A DNA stretch of 34,622 bases from Chiloscyllium plagiosum (Eukaryota), in the NCBI RefSeq assembly GCF_004010195.1, contig NC_057718.1, forward strand, positions 72,005,271 to 72,039,892, read 5' to 3'. The notes beneath the pieces were generated by a model. It made no database searches. It was not told where the DNA came from and saw only the letters and a list, made by a program, of their open reading frames with translations. Position 1 is the first letter of the stretch, and each line of letters starts with the position of its first letter. A program made the translations under genes and the position numbers. Below are positions 1 to 10,569 of this stretch, one piece after another.

Positions 1-559
1 TGCTATTCTGAATTGGTATGGGGTATATTGTTGGGCCATCTGTAATGAAAGTACATAACCATAACTTAAATTTTAAAGGGCATGTAAAATAGCCTTTGAA
101 TGCAAGAACGATTTTTGCAACCTCTCAAAATGGTACTACCTGAGACTTAAAGTTCATTGACTTTAACAGATTCAAACAGAAACAAAGAATTTTTTTTTAA
201 TTTAGCCTAAAATGGACACAAATATAACTGCATAAAATTATTTTTAATAATTCTGCTTATTCACTTTTGAGCAAATGCTATGCAAAGTGTCAAATACTGT
301 TGACTGAAAACTGGGAAAATCTGCTCATGGATAAATAACTTGTTAGTTCAAAACTACTGTGTGAGAGAGCATTAGTTGGTACCCTCTGCAGTATAAAATT
401 AAATTAAAATGCTTACAAACATGAAAAATGATGATTCTGGAAATTGAAACTGTACAGCAAAGTGTTACAAAATGGGAGAATAAAACCTTGCAAGAGATAT
501 CAAAATCAACACAAAAAGGTTAGTCAGGAATAACAGTGTGACCGGGAGTTATCTATTGA

Positions 560-846
560 AAACTCAGTGACATTATAAATGAAAAGGAGGAAATGAAGGA
601 CATTCTGCTACTTTGTATCGATATATATAGTGTAGGAAAGGATCAGCGCGCAATATTGAATCAAGGAACTTCTGAACTTCCCTCAATTTAAGGAGCATTA
701 CTTACCATTTCTTTAACATTTCAGAAAGGAGATAACACTCAATGAATTATCGACCAAATCGCTTAATGTCTTATTTCAGAAATTAATAGCATCTATAATC
801 AGGATGACAAATACCTAGAAAACAGCAATTTAAAGATTGCCAAAAT
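560..846 (+). mobile_element. Old degenerate CR1-type LINE ORF2 remnant (left half, interrupted by L1)
   Basis: Decayed 'FQKG..NYRP..L' pre-RT motif at ~715-770. The expected continuation (GF.K...NLIEIFE.VT) resumes at ~4895 after the L1. Confidence 0.6.
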
Positions 847-1010
847 AGGGAATCCAAGACGGCGGCCATCTAAACGGATTGCTTTGCTGGGTTCTGCATC
901 ACAGTACAAGCAAAGCAGTGCTTTAACCCACCCTACTCAAACCATTTCGCGAAGTTTCAACACTGAAATAGTTGTAGAATTTTTATCAGTCCCTGTTTTG
1001 CCGAGTGGAA

Positions 1011-1849
1011 ATGACAAAACACTGAAAAGGATCAATACGTGGAGCTCCCGCCAGAGGCATCTAATTCAGGCACGGCCGTGACTGCGGCTCCCCCTACCAA
1101 TTCGATGGACCCAATTCGATGTCGCACAGCTCACAAAGTTGTGTGAAAAGCTTGAAGACAAGATCAAAGAAAAGTTTAACAGTAAGTTGGACTCGCTCTC
1201 TACCGTAATACAAAAACATGATCAGCAGCTTGAAAACCTCGGGAAGAGAGCAGATGAGGCCAGGCGCTGAACCGCAATGGCAGAGACTGCGATTGATTCA
1301 TCATAAGATCAGATCCGAGCCCTTGAAATACAGGTACGTAATTCAATTGATCAAGTTGACGATCTCGACAGCAGGGGCAGGAGGAAAAATGCCCTTATCG
1401 TCAGTCTACTCGAGGGAACGGAAACCAGTGGAACTTTTCAAGAACTGGCAGCTGCAATTCCTCAACATAGAAGTCGAAATGGGTGGGTGAAAATTGAAAG
1501 AGCACACCGGGTTATGGCACGCAGGTCAGGTTTGTACCAGTGCCCTGCCCTATCTTCGTGCGGTTTCACAGCTCCAGGGACAAACAAAGAATCATGGAAA
1601 CCTCCAGAACCGGGGAAAGAGCCGAAGGCTTTGGCTCACGAGGGCTTCAGGATCATGTTTTTCCAGGACTTCTCGGTGGTAGTGATCCGGAAAATAAATC
1701 CTTTGAAGGATATCGAGAAAAGATTAAGGGAACTCGGGATCCAACACTATTCAAGGTACATAGCAGTGTTTTGGTTTGCTTTCAATGGATCTGCACATCC
1801 ATTCAATTCTCTACAGAAAGCAAAAACATTTGTGGACGCTTTAAATTAG
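1011..1849 (+). pseudogene. L1 ORF1p (coiled-coil/RRM/CTD), frameshifted
   Basis: Fragments 'KIERAHRV', 'RIMFFQDFS', 'KRLRELGI' are L1 ORF1 motifs spread over several frames and parallel to L1 copy B. Confidence 0.85.
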
Positions 1850-2287
1850 ATGGGACAATTTAATGGATACAGGTAATTTTTTTTATATTTAAAGAAAGTC
1901 TTGTTGGGATTTTTCTGGAACTAACCAGTGTTAAATTATACTTGGGGGTGGACATAGTCTTCACTTTTAATCCATTATTTAAAGCTATTTTTTCTCTTTT
2001 TGCTTGTGTCTGTGATGCAGCTCGAACTGGAAGGAGTTAGGAAGGTGTTTGCTAGATACCTATCTGCAAGCAGTTCAATCCCAGTTTTTGTATTCAATTG
2101 CCCTGGTTGACATATTGGCAATAGAGCAGAAGACAAGGTTTTGGGATGTGTAGGTGCCCCCTTTACGTGGAGGGTAAATTCCCCTATTCAGCTCCATTGG
2201 CACTTTATGTTTTGTTTCATTTTTTGGTTCTTGTTGTACATGGATTTTGTACATATAATTGGTAGTCCGGGTTTCCAACGGAGTGTA

Positions 2288-3774
2288 ATTTTGCCAGAGC
2301 GGCAAGGAGAGAAGGAGTGGTGAAGCGAGGGCTGCCAGGAAGGGTGAGTTTTCCCACAGATTGCCGAGCCTTTGGCATTGATCTTTAAATTGTCATTGTC
2401 TACAGGAATAGTGCCAGAAGACTGGAAGATAGAAAATGTGGTTCCCCTGTTCAAGAAGGGGAGTAGAGACAACCCTTACTTCAGTTGTTGGTAAAGTGTT
2501 GGAAAAGGTTATAAGAGATAGGATTTATAATCATCTCGAAAAGAATAATTTGATTAGGGATAGTCAGCACAGTTTTGTGAAGGGTAGGTCGTGCCTCACA
2601 AACTTTATTGAGTTCTTTGAGAAGGTGACCAAACAGGTAGATGACAGTAAACCGGTTGATGTGGTGGATTTCAGCAAGACGTTCGATAAGGCTTCCCACA
2701 GTAGGCTATTGTACAAAATGCGGAGGAATGGGATTGTGGGAGATATAGTAGTTTGGATCAGTAATTGGCTTGCTGAAAGAAGACAGAGGGTGGTGGTTGA
2801 TGGGAAATGTTCATCCTGGAGTCCAGTTACTAGTGGTGTACCGCAAGGGTCGGTGTTGGGTCCACTGTTGTTCTTCATTTTTATAAATGACCTGGATAAG
2901 GGCGTAGAAGGGTGGGTTAGTAAATTTGCAGACAACACTAAGATCGGTGAAGTTGTGGATAGTGACGAAGGATGTTGTAGGTTACAGAGAGACATAGGTA
3001 AGCTGCAGAGCTGGGTTGAGAGATGGCAAATGGAGTTTAATGCGGACAAGTGTGAGGTGATTCACTTTGATCGGAGTAACCGGAATGCAAAGTACTGGGC
3101 TAATGGTAAGATTCTTGGTAGTGTTGATGAGCAAAGAGATCTCGGTATCCAGGTACACAGATCCTTGAAAGTTGCCACCCAAACTGACAGGGTTGTTAAG
3201 AAGGCATACAGTGTTTTAGCTTTTATTAATAGAGGGATCGAGTTCCGGAACCATGAGGTTATGCTACAGCTGCACAAAATTCTGGTGCGGCTGCACTTGG
3301 AGTATTGTGTACAGTTCTGGTCACCGCATTATAAGGAGGATGTGGAAACTTTGGAAAGGTTGCAGAGGAGATTTACTAGGGTGTTGCCTGGTATGGAGGG
3401 AAAGTCTTACGAGGAAAGGCTCAGGGACTTGAGGCTGTTTTCGTTGGAGAAAAGAAAAAGGTTGAGAGGTGACTTAATAGAGACATATAAGATAATCAGA
3501 GGGTTAGATAGGGTGGACAGGGACAGCCTTTTTCCAAGTATGGTGACAGCGATTTCAGAGGTAGTTTCTTTACTCAGAGTAGTAGGGGTATGGAATGCTT
3601 TGCTTGCAACGGTAGTAGATTCGCCAACTTTAAGTACATTTAAGTCGTCACTGGACAAGCATATGGACGTACATGGAATAGTGTAGGTTAGATGGGCTTC
3701 AGATTGGTATGACAGGTCGGCGCAACATCGAGGGCCAAAGGGCCTGTACTGCGCTGTAATGTTCTATGTTCTAT
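2288..3774 (+). mobile_element. CR1 family A, internally deleted copy (68 bp of 5'UTR fused to RT region and 3' tail)
   Basis: 2288-2355 matches the 5'UTR repeat at 18075-18142. 2357-3774 matches 20900-22370. Ends in a (TTCTATG)n tail. Confidence 0.92.
2436..3686 (+). pseudogene. CR1 reverse transcriptase domain, open 416 aa but catalytically mutated (FADN) with small deletions
   Basis: Motifs [45 protein letters not shown] in the ORF track. Confidence 0.9.
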
Positions 3775-3775
3775 A

Positions 3776-4634
3776 TAAGTTAATGGACTCCAGGTTTAAA
3801 CTCTGGGCAGTTAAGGTTGTCTTTTGCCTGGCTGACTTATTTGAGGGGGAAACAATGATGTCCTCTGATCAATTAACTCAGAGGTACAAACGACCTAGCA
3901 TAAACCTCTTCTGTTTTTTCCAAATCAGGGATTTCATTCAAAAAAGTACACTTCTAACCGACCCTTACAGATCTGACACAGAGAAGCACTCTGGCAGCAC
4001 TCTTAATCACCTGTTAGGGGGTGACCCTTCAGACACGGTCCAGCGGTTTTATAAGGTCTGGGAGAAACAGTTGGGAGTCAAGATCTTCTCTGAGACGTGG
4101 AAGGATATATGGGAAAGTGCAAGAAAGATTTTAATTTGTAACAGGACCTATGCCCTACAGCTGAAGATTCTCCACAGGGTCCATCTAGGCCCAGATCCCC
4201 TCTCAAAATTCAAAGTGGGAGTATCCTCAACATGTCCCAAATGCAAAACGACTAAGGGCATTCTCACTCATTGCATTTGGTCCTGCCACAGACTCTGGAC
4301 ACAATGGAGCGCTGTGGTAGGTACAAAAGAGAGGTTTTTGGGGACAGAATTGGAGATGGACATGATCTCTCTTCTTCTGGGCCTGCCCAGTGTTCTTCCT
4401 TTAGACAGGCACAGGAACAAACTTTACAATATCCTTATTTTTTGTGCAAGGAAAAATATTTTGCTATATTGGGTGTCTGAAAACCCCCTGGGTCTGTCGG
4501 GTCGGCATAAGTTAATCATGGAGCATATCACTCTGGATTTTCTTATAAGTATGATACACCAAAAAATTGAGAATTTTTATAAGACACGGAGTCCCTTTTT
4601 GGATTACCTGGAACAGATTTATCTGCCACACTAA
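3776..4634 (+). pseudogene. L1 ORF2 C-terminal region with CCHC zinc knuckle
   Basis: 'LQLKILHRVHL...CPKCKTTKGILTHCIWSC' is the CX2CX8HX4C-type motif of the L1 ORF2 C-terminus. Confidence 0.85.
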
Positions 4635-4885
4635 TAAGGATTTTTATACAGCCATGACGGTCGTGTCCAATGAATCTAACATCCTGAGAGAAAGAATTAC
4701 GAACATGTGCAAGTTAGTGCTCTCGATGATCAAGAGTTATTGTTTTGTCACTCTGAACCGTATTATATATTTATTTATTTATTCATCTAGTTGTTGCTTT
4801 TTATGTACATGTGTATTATTTTGATTTGCATTGTTTTTGGTTTAATGTAACATTAAAAAAACATTTTCAATAAAAATACACTTAG

Positions 4886-5105
4886 AAAATTTCCAAATGG
4901 ATTTGCAAAGATAAACCACCTCTGATGAATCTAATTGAAATTTTTGAACGGTGACTAAATGAATTAATTTTAAAACTAACTGATTTTTTTTTGTTATTAA
5001 GGGATAAGAGGGAAAAATGGCATATGGAGCTAGATCACAAATAGGCCAAATCTAACCGTATACCTAAACTAACTCAAAAGGACAAAACAACCTATTATTT
5101 TTCCA
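4886..5105 (+). mobile_element. Old CR1 remnant, right half and decayed 3' end
   Basis: 'aatctaattgaaatttttgaacggtgact' = NLIEIFE.VT, continuing 560-846. Confidence 0.55.
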
Positions 5106-5352
5106 ATCCCAAAGATTCAAGTTATCAGTTACGATTCTAGACTTTTTTTTTCTCAAAATTCCAATGTCCCCAGTTCCGCTACCCATTCCCATGGTTATTT
5201 GTCTCCTCGGTTGACTTTTTTTCCAGCTCATAATTTTTCCCTAATCAAAAAGATCAGGATCAACTAGTAAGCTATTCCCAAATGCTAACTGTAAGCTATT
5301 CAAGGAAGGTAAAGCTTCTTTCTTTATAGAAAATTGTATACAAATACAAAAA

Positions 5353-5520
5353 GCTGAAAATGTGCTGGAAAAGCGCAGCAGGTCAGGCAGCATCCAAGGA
5401 GCAGGAGAATCGACGTTTCGGGAATGAGCCCTGCTCCTTGGATGCTGCCTGACCTGCTGCGCTTTTCCAGCAACACATTTCCAGCTCTGATCTTCAGCAT
5501 CTGCAGTCCTCACTTTCTCC
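5353..5520. mobile_element. Short Penelope-derived (pLTR) insert, palindromic
   Basis: Inverted arms ~5352-5405 / ~5430-5486. 14-bp TSD tacaaatacaaaaa (5339-5352) / tacatatacaaaaa (5521-5534). Homologous to the end of the Penelope fragment at 31336. Confidence 0.8.
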
Positions 5521-5547
5521 TACATATACAAAAATACATGCACATGT

Positions 5548-6130
5548 AAACTAGGAGCAGGATTAGGCCATTTAGCTTTCAAGCCTACTTCAACGTTTCA
5601 TGTGATGTTAGCTGATCCTCTAGTTCAATGTTTTTTCTCCATACCCCTTAGCATCTATGATATCTAAAAATGTATCTCTTTCTTACTTGATTCAGTGACA
5701 TGGCCTTCAGTGAAGCAGCTTTAGCTCACTCCAAAAAATGGTCTACCCTGTATCCTTTTGGAATAAGACCATCAGACATAGAATTAAAAATTAGGCCATC
5801 CAGCCCAGCAAGTCTGCTCTGCCAGTTAATCATAGCTGATAAGTTTCTCAAACTCATTCTTCTGCATTCTCCCCATAACCCTTGATCACCTTGACAATAA
5901 AGAACCAATCTATCTCTCTTTTAAATATACCCAATGACCTGGCCTACACAGACTTCTGTGGCAATTAATTCCACAGATTCACCACTCTCCAGCTCAAGAA
6001 CTTTCTCCTTATCTCTGTTCTAAAGAGTCTTCCCTTTACTCTTATGTGCTTGGGTCCTCATCCCTCCTGCCAATGGAAGCATCTTCCCAATGTCCATTCT
6101 GTCCAGGCCATTCAGTATTCTGAAAGTTTC
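5548..6130 (-). mobile_element. Two 5'-truncated CR1 3' ends (older ~5548-5715; younger 5765-6130)
   Basis: Minus strand encodes 'ETFRILNGLDRMD..KMLPL.G..RT' followed by a CR1-type 3'UTR and tail. Confidence 0.75.
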
Positions 6131-7050
6131 AAGGGGCAGGCAGGTAGTGCAGGAGTCATTTATGGCTATCCCCATTTCAAACGGGTTTGCTGATTTGGAA
6201 AATGTAGGGCGTGATGAACTCTCAGGAGAATGTAGCATGAACAGCCAAGCTTCTGGTATCAAGATTGGTTCTAATGCAATGAGGGGTATGTCCGGTTCCA
6301 AGCAATCGCTTGTGATAGGGAACTCTCTGGTCAGAGGCACAGATAGACATTTCTGCGGCCAGCAGCGAAAAATCAGAATGGTGTGTTGCCTCCCTGGTGC
6401 CATGATCAAGGATGTCTCATAGAGGGTACAGAATGTTCTCAAAGGGGAAGAGGGACCAGCAGGAGGTCATTGTACACATTGGCACCAACAACATAGGAAG
6501 GGAAAAGGATGAGATTCCGAAAGAATTTAGGAAGTTAGGCAGGAATTTCAAAAGGAGGTCCTCGAGGGTAGTAATATCTGGATTACTCCCGGTGCTACGA
6601 GCTAGTGAGGGTAGGAATAGGAGGATAGAGTGGATGAATACGTGGCTGAGGAGCTGATGCATAGGAGAAGAGAGTTCACATTTTTGGATCATTGGAATCT
6701 CTTCTGGGGTAGAAGTAAGATGTACGAGGATGGATTACACCTGAATTGGGAGGGATCTAATATACTGGCAGGGAGGTTTGCCTGATCTTTTTTTTTGGGG
6801 GGGGGAGTGTTGGGGTACCAAGGGAAATAGTGAGGTAAAAAATGAATCTTACAGTTGGGAAAGGGAGCGAGTCAAACAATCTGGGCAGGAAGGAACAAAG
6901 CAGAGAACAAGTTAAGACTGAAAAATTAAACTGCATTTACTTCAGTGCAAGAGGCCTAACAGAGAAGGTCGATGAACTCAGGGCACGGTTAGGAACATGG
7001 GACTGTGATATCATGGCAATTACAGAAACATGACTCAGAGATGGACAGGA

Positions 7051-7268
7051 GAAAGTGAGGACTGCAGATGCTGGAGATCAGAGCTGAAAATGTGTTGCTG
7101 GAAAAGTGCAGCAGGTCAGGCAGCATCCAAGGAACAGGAGAATCAACGTTTCGGGCATAAGCCCTTCTTCAGGAATTTCCTGAAGAAGGGCCTATGCCCG
7201 AAACGTCGATTCTCCTGTTCCTTGGATGCTGCCTGACCTGCTGCGCTTTTCCAGCAACACATTTTCAG
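7051..7268. mobile_element. Short Penelope-derived palindromic insert with hammerhead cores on both strands
   Basis: 17-bp TSD ctcagagatggacagga (7034-7050, 7269-7285). ~95-bp inverted arms centred at 7176. Confidence 0.88.
7177..7209 (+). ncRNA. Minimal hammerhead ribozyme-like motif (PLE type)
   Basis: CTGAaGA (7180-7186), extra A, stem II GGGC-ctat-GCCC, GAAA (7200-7203), palindromic ACGT stem III, GTC. Stem I is only ~2 bp. Confidence 0.6.
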
Positions 7269-8035
7269 CTCAGAGATGGACAGGACTGGCAGCTTAACGT
7301 TCCAGGATATAAATGCTATAGGGAGAATAGAAAGGGGAAGCGAGAGAGGAGGAGGATTGGCATTTTTGGTAAGAGATAGCATTAGTGCTATACTTAGGGA
7401 GGATATTCCTGGGAACACATCCAAGGAAATTATTTGGGTGGAACTGAGAAATAAGAAAGGGATGATCACCTTAGTGGGATTGTATTACAGACTCCTTAAT
7501 AGTCAGTGGGAAATTGAGAAATAAAATTTGCAAGGAAATTTCAGTTATCTGTAAGAATAATAGAGTAGTTATGGTAGGGGATTTTAACTTACCAAACATA
7601 GACTGGGACTACCAGAGTTTTAAGCGTTTAGATGGAGAGTGTGTACATGAAATTTTTCTGATTCATTATGTATATGTTCTCACACTAGAGAAGGTGAAAA
7701 ACTTAACATACTCTTGTGAAATAAGGCAGGGCAGATGACTGAGTTGTCAGTGGGGGAGCACTTTGGAGGCAGCGATCATAGTTCTATTAGTTTTAAAATA
7801 GTGATGGAAAAGAATAGACCAAATCCAAAACTTGAAGGTCAAATTGGAGGAAGGCTAATTTTGACGGTATTAGGCAAGAACTTTCAAAAGCTGATTGGGG
7901 GCAGACGTTCACAGATAAAGGGACAGGTGGAAAATGGGAAGTCGTCAAAAATGAGTTAATAAGAGTTCAGAGACAGTTATATTCCAGTTAGGGTGAAAGG
8001 AAAGGCTGGTAGGTGCAGGGAATGCTGTATGATTA

Positions 8036-8322
8036 GAGAATCATAGAATCCCTGCAGTCTGAAACAGGCCATTCAGCCCATCAAGTCCACACAAACCTAC
8101 TGAAGAGCAATCCACTCACATCCATCCCCCTACCCTATATCTTCCATGACTAACACACCTGACCTACGCATCACTGGACATTATGGAGCAATTAGCATAG
8201 CTAATCCATGTAACTTGCACATCTTTGGACTGTGGGAGGAAACTGCAAACTCCACACCAAGAGTGGAATTGAACCCGGGTCCCTGGCGCTGAGAGGCAGC
8301 AGTGCTAACCACAGCCACCACA
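8036..8322 (-). mobile_element. tRNA-derived SINE (HE1/V-SINE-like), internally deleted
   Basis: Minus strand has A-box TGGTTAGCACTG, B-box GGTTCAATTCC and a CR1-like 3' tail. Confidence 0.85.
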
Positions 8323-8339
8323 GCTACCCTGAGATTACT

Positions 8340-9010
8340 ACATTTGAGGTCCTATTAAAGGAAGTAATACCAGAACATTTGGGAAATCATAATTTAATCA
8401 AGCAGAGTCAGATTAGCTTGGAGAAATCTCAACCATTTTGACTTGTTGTATTTTGACTTCCAGAAATACTTTGACAAGGCACCTCACAAAAGGTGGAGTT
8501 ATAAGAGCCCACAGTGTTGGATATCGTGTAATGTTATGGATAGAGAACTGGCCAATAGTCAGAAAACAGTGGGAATAGAGACTTCTTTTTCAGGTTGGAA
8601 TCTGTAACCTCTGGAGTTCCACAAGATCAGTGATGGAAGTGTAACTATTTACAAATGCTTGCAATCCTTGGAACATGTATGCACTGGAGCCAAAATTTAC
8701 AAGTGACAAAAACAGGAGGAAAGGCAAGTTGTAAGAGGGATACTAACAGTTTACAAAGAGGTATTGATTAAGTAAGCGAGAAAAAGTTGGTAAATGAAGT
8801 ATAATGTGGGAAACTGTGAAGTTATTCATTTTGGAAGGGAGAAAAAAAAGATCAGAGTATTACTTACAATGGAGAAAAGCTGCAGAACGCTTGGTCATGG
8901 GGATGTTTGAACATGAAACACAAAGTCAGTATACAGCTACAGCAGTTAATCAGGAAGGCAATTGGAACGTTAGTCGTTATTTCAAGGGGTTGGAGTATAA
9001 GAGTAGTATT
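8340..9010 (+). mobile_element. Old heavily deleted CR1 RT fragment
   Basis: 'DFQKYFDK.PH', 'SGVPQ', 'EVIHFG'-like motifs, broken by indels. Confidence 0.7.
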
Positions 9011-9116
9011 ATGAAGTTGAAGGCATGTTAAGAGAGAGTGAAAGCTGTTTTGCACAGTGCTTGCAGGCACCTGTCATGTGCCTGACTGCAATCTCAGAAT
9101 ATACTGGAAAATTGGT

Positions 9117-9360
9117 GGGCGGCACGGTGGCACAGTGGTTAGCACTGCTGCCTCACAGCGCCAGAGACCCGGGTTCAATTCCCATCTCAGGCGACTGTGT
9201 GGAGTTTGCACATTCTCTCCGGTTAGGTGAATTGGCAAAGTTAAGTTGCCCATAGTGTTAGGGGCAGGGGTAAATATAGGGGAATGGGTCTGGGTGGATG
9301 GCGGGTAGGTGTGGACTTGTTGGGCCGAAGGGCCTGTTTCCACACTGTAAGTAATCTAAT
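9117..9360 (+). mobile_element. tRNA-derived SINE (HE1/V-SINE-like)
   Basis: GGGCGGCACGGTGGCACAGTGGTTAGCAC head, B-box GGTTCAATTCC, tail ...GGCCTGTTTCCACACTG...TAATCTAAT. Confidence 0.9.
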
Positions 9361-9364
9361 ATAA

Positions 9365-10565
9365 AAAAATTGATGAGGGCAGAGCAGTAGATGTGATCTA
9401 TATGGACTTCAGTAAGGCGTTCGACAAGGTTCCCCATGGGAGACTGATTAGCAAGGTTAGATCTCATGGAATACAGGGAGAACTAGCCATTTGGATACAG
9501 AACTGGCTCAAAGGTAGAAGAGGGTTGTTTTTCAGACTGGAGGCCTGTGACCAGTGGAATGCCACAAGGATCGGTGCTGGAACCTCTACTTTTTGTCATT
9601 TACATAAATGATTTGGATGCGAGCATAAGAGGTACAGTGAGTAAGTTTGCAGATGACACCTAAATTGGGAGTGTAGTGGACAGCAAAGAGGGTTACCTCA
9701 GATTACAACAGGATCTGGACCAGATGGACCAATGGGCTCAGAAGTGGCAGATGAAGGTTAATTCAGATAAATGCGAGGTGCTGCATTTTGGGAAAGCAAA
9801 TCTTAGCAGGACTTATATGCACAATGGTAAGGTCCTAGGGCGTGTTGCTGAACAAAGAGACCTTGGAGTGCAGGTTCATAGCTCCTTGAAAGTGGAGTCG
9901 CAGGTAGATAAGATAGTGAAGGAGTCGTTTGGTATGCTTTCCTTTGTTGGTCAGAGTATTGAGTACAGGAGTTGGCAGGTCATGTTGTGGCCATACAGGA
10001 CATTGGCTAGGCCACTGTTGGAATATTGCATGCAGTTCTGGTCTCCTTCCTATCGGAAAGATGTTGTGAAACTTGAAAGGGTTCAGAAAAGATTTACAAG
10101 GATGTTGCCAGGGTTGGAGGATTTGAGCTATAGGGAGAGGCTGAACAGGCTGGTGCTGTTTTCCCTGGAGTGTCGGAAGCTGACGGGTGACTTTATAGAG
10201 GTTTACAAAATTATGAGGGGCATGGAAAGGGTAAATAAGCAAAGTCTTTTCCCTGGGGTTGGGGAGTCCAGAACTAGAGGGCATAGGCTTAGGGTGAGAG
10301 GGGAAAGATATAAAAGGGACCCAAGGGGCAACGTTTTCACACAGAGAGTGGTACGGGTATGGAATGAGCTGCCAGAGGAAGTGGTGGAGGCTGGTACAAT
10401 TGCAACATTTAAGAGGCATTTGGATGGGTATATGAATAGGAAGGGTTTGGAGGGATATGGGCCGGGTGCTGGCAGGTGGGACTAGATTGGGTTGGGATAT
10501 CTGGTCGGCATGGACGGGTTGGACCGAAGGGTCGGTTTCCATGCTGAACGTCTCTGTGACTCTAT
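9365..10565 (+). mobile_element. CR1 family B, 3' half (RT and 3'UTR)
   Basis: YMDFSKAFDKVPH, FADDT, LEYCMQFWSP; ends TCTCTGTGACTCTAT. Inverted homologue at 17572-18066 and 22371-22780. Confidence 0.92.
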
Positions 10566-10569
10566 TATT

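Larger units (their letters stand above)
848..4880 (+). mobile_element. L1-clade LINE (copy A), decayed; ORF2 EN+RT deleted and replaced by a CR1
   Basis: 5' end GGGAATCCAAGACGGCGG (YY1-like start), ORF1 homologous to 32139-32969, ORF2 C-terminal Cys-rich domain, AATAAA 4869-4874. Possible decayed TSD: aaagattgccaaaat (832-846) vs agaaaatttccaaat (4884-4898). Confidence 0.85.
6131..8038 (+). mobile_element. CR1 5' portion: ORF1 esterase (SGNH) domain and ORF2 APE endonuclease, decayed
   Basis: 'VIGNSLVRG..VCCLPGA', 'HIGTNN', 'AITETW-like', 'RGGGLA', 'GLYYR', 'GDFNLPNIDW', 'SDH' motifs across frames. Confidence 0.88.

Noticed and set aside
1..560. AT-rich left flank
   Set aside because: No ORF or recognisable motif; ordinary intronic/intergenic or very old repeat sequence.
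2436..3686. 416-aa open RT ORF as an active or domesticated gene
   Set aside because: Catalytic FADD is FADN, conserved motifs are deleted (NYRPVS, YM), there is no endonuclease and no ATG start; openness reflects youth.
5353..7268. Recurrent palindromes as MITEs or a CRISPR-like array
   Set aside because: They are dispersed and asymmetric, have variable 12-17-bp TSDs and are homologous to a Penelope terminus; no spacers, cas genes or terminal inverted repeats of fixed length.
9117..9185. tRNA genes at the SINE heads
   Set aside because: A/B boxes continue into SINE body and LINE-derived tail; these are not standalone tRNAs.
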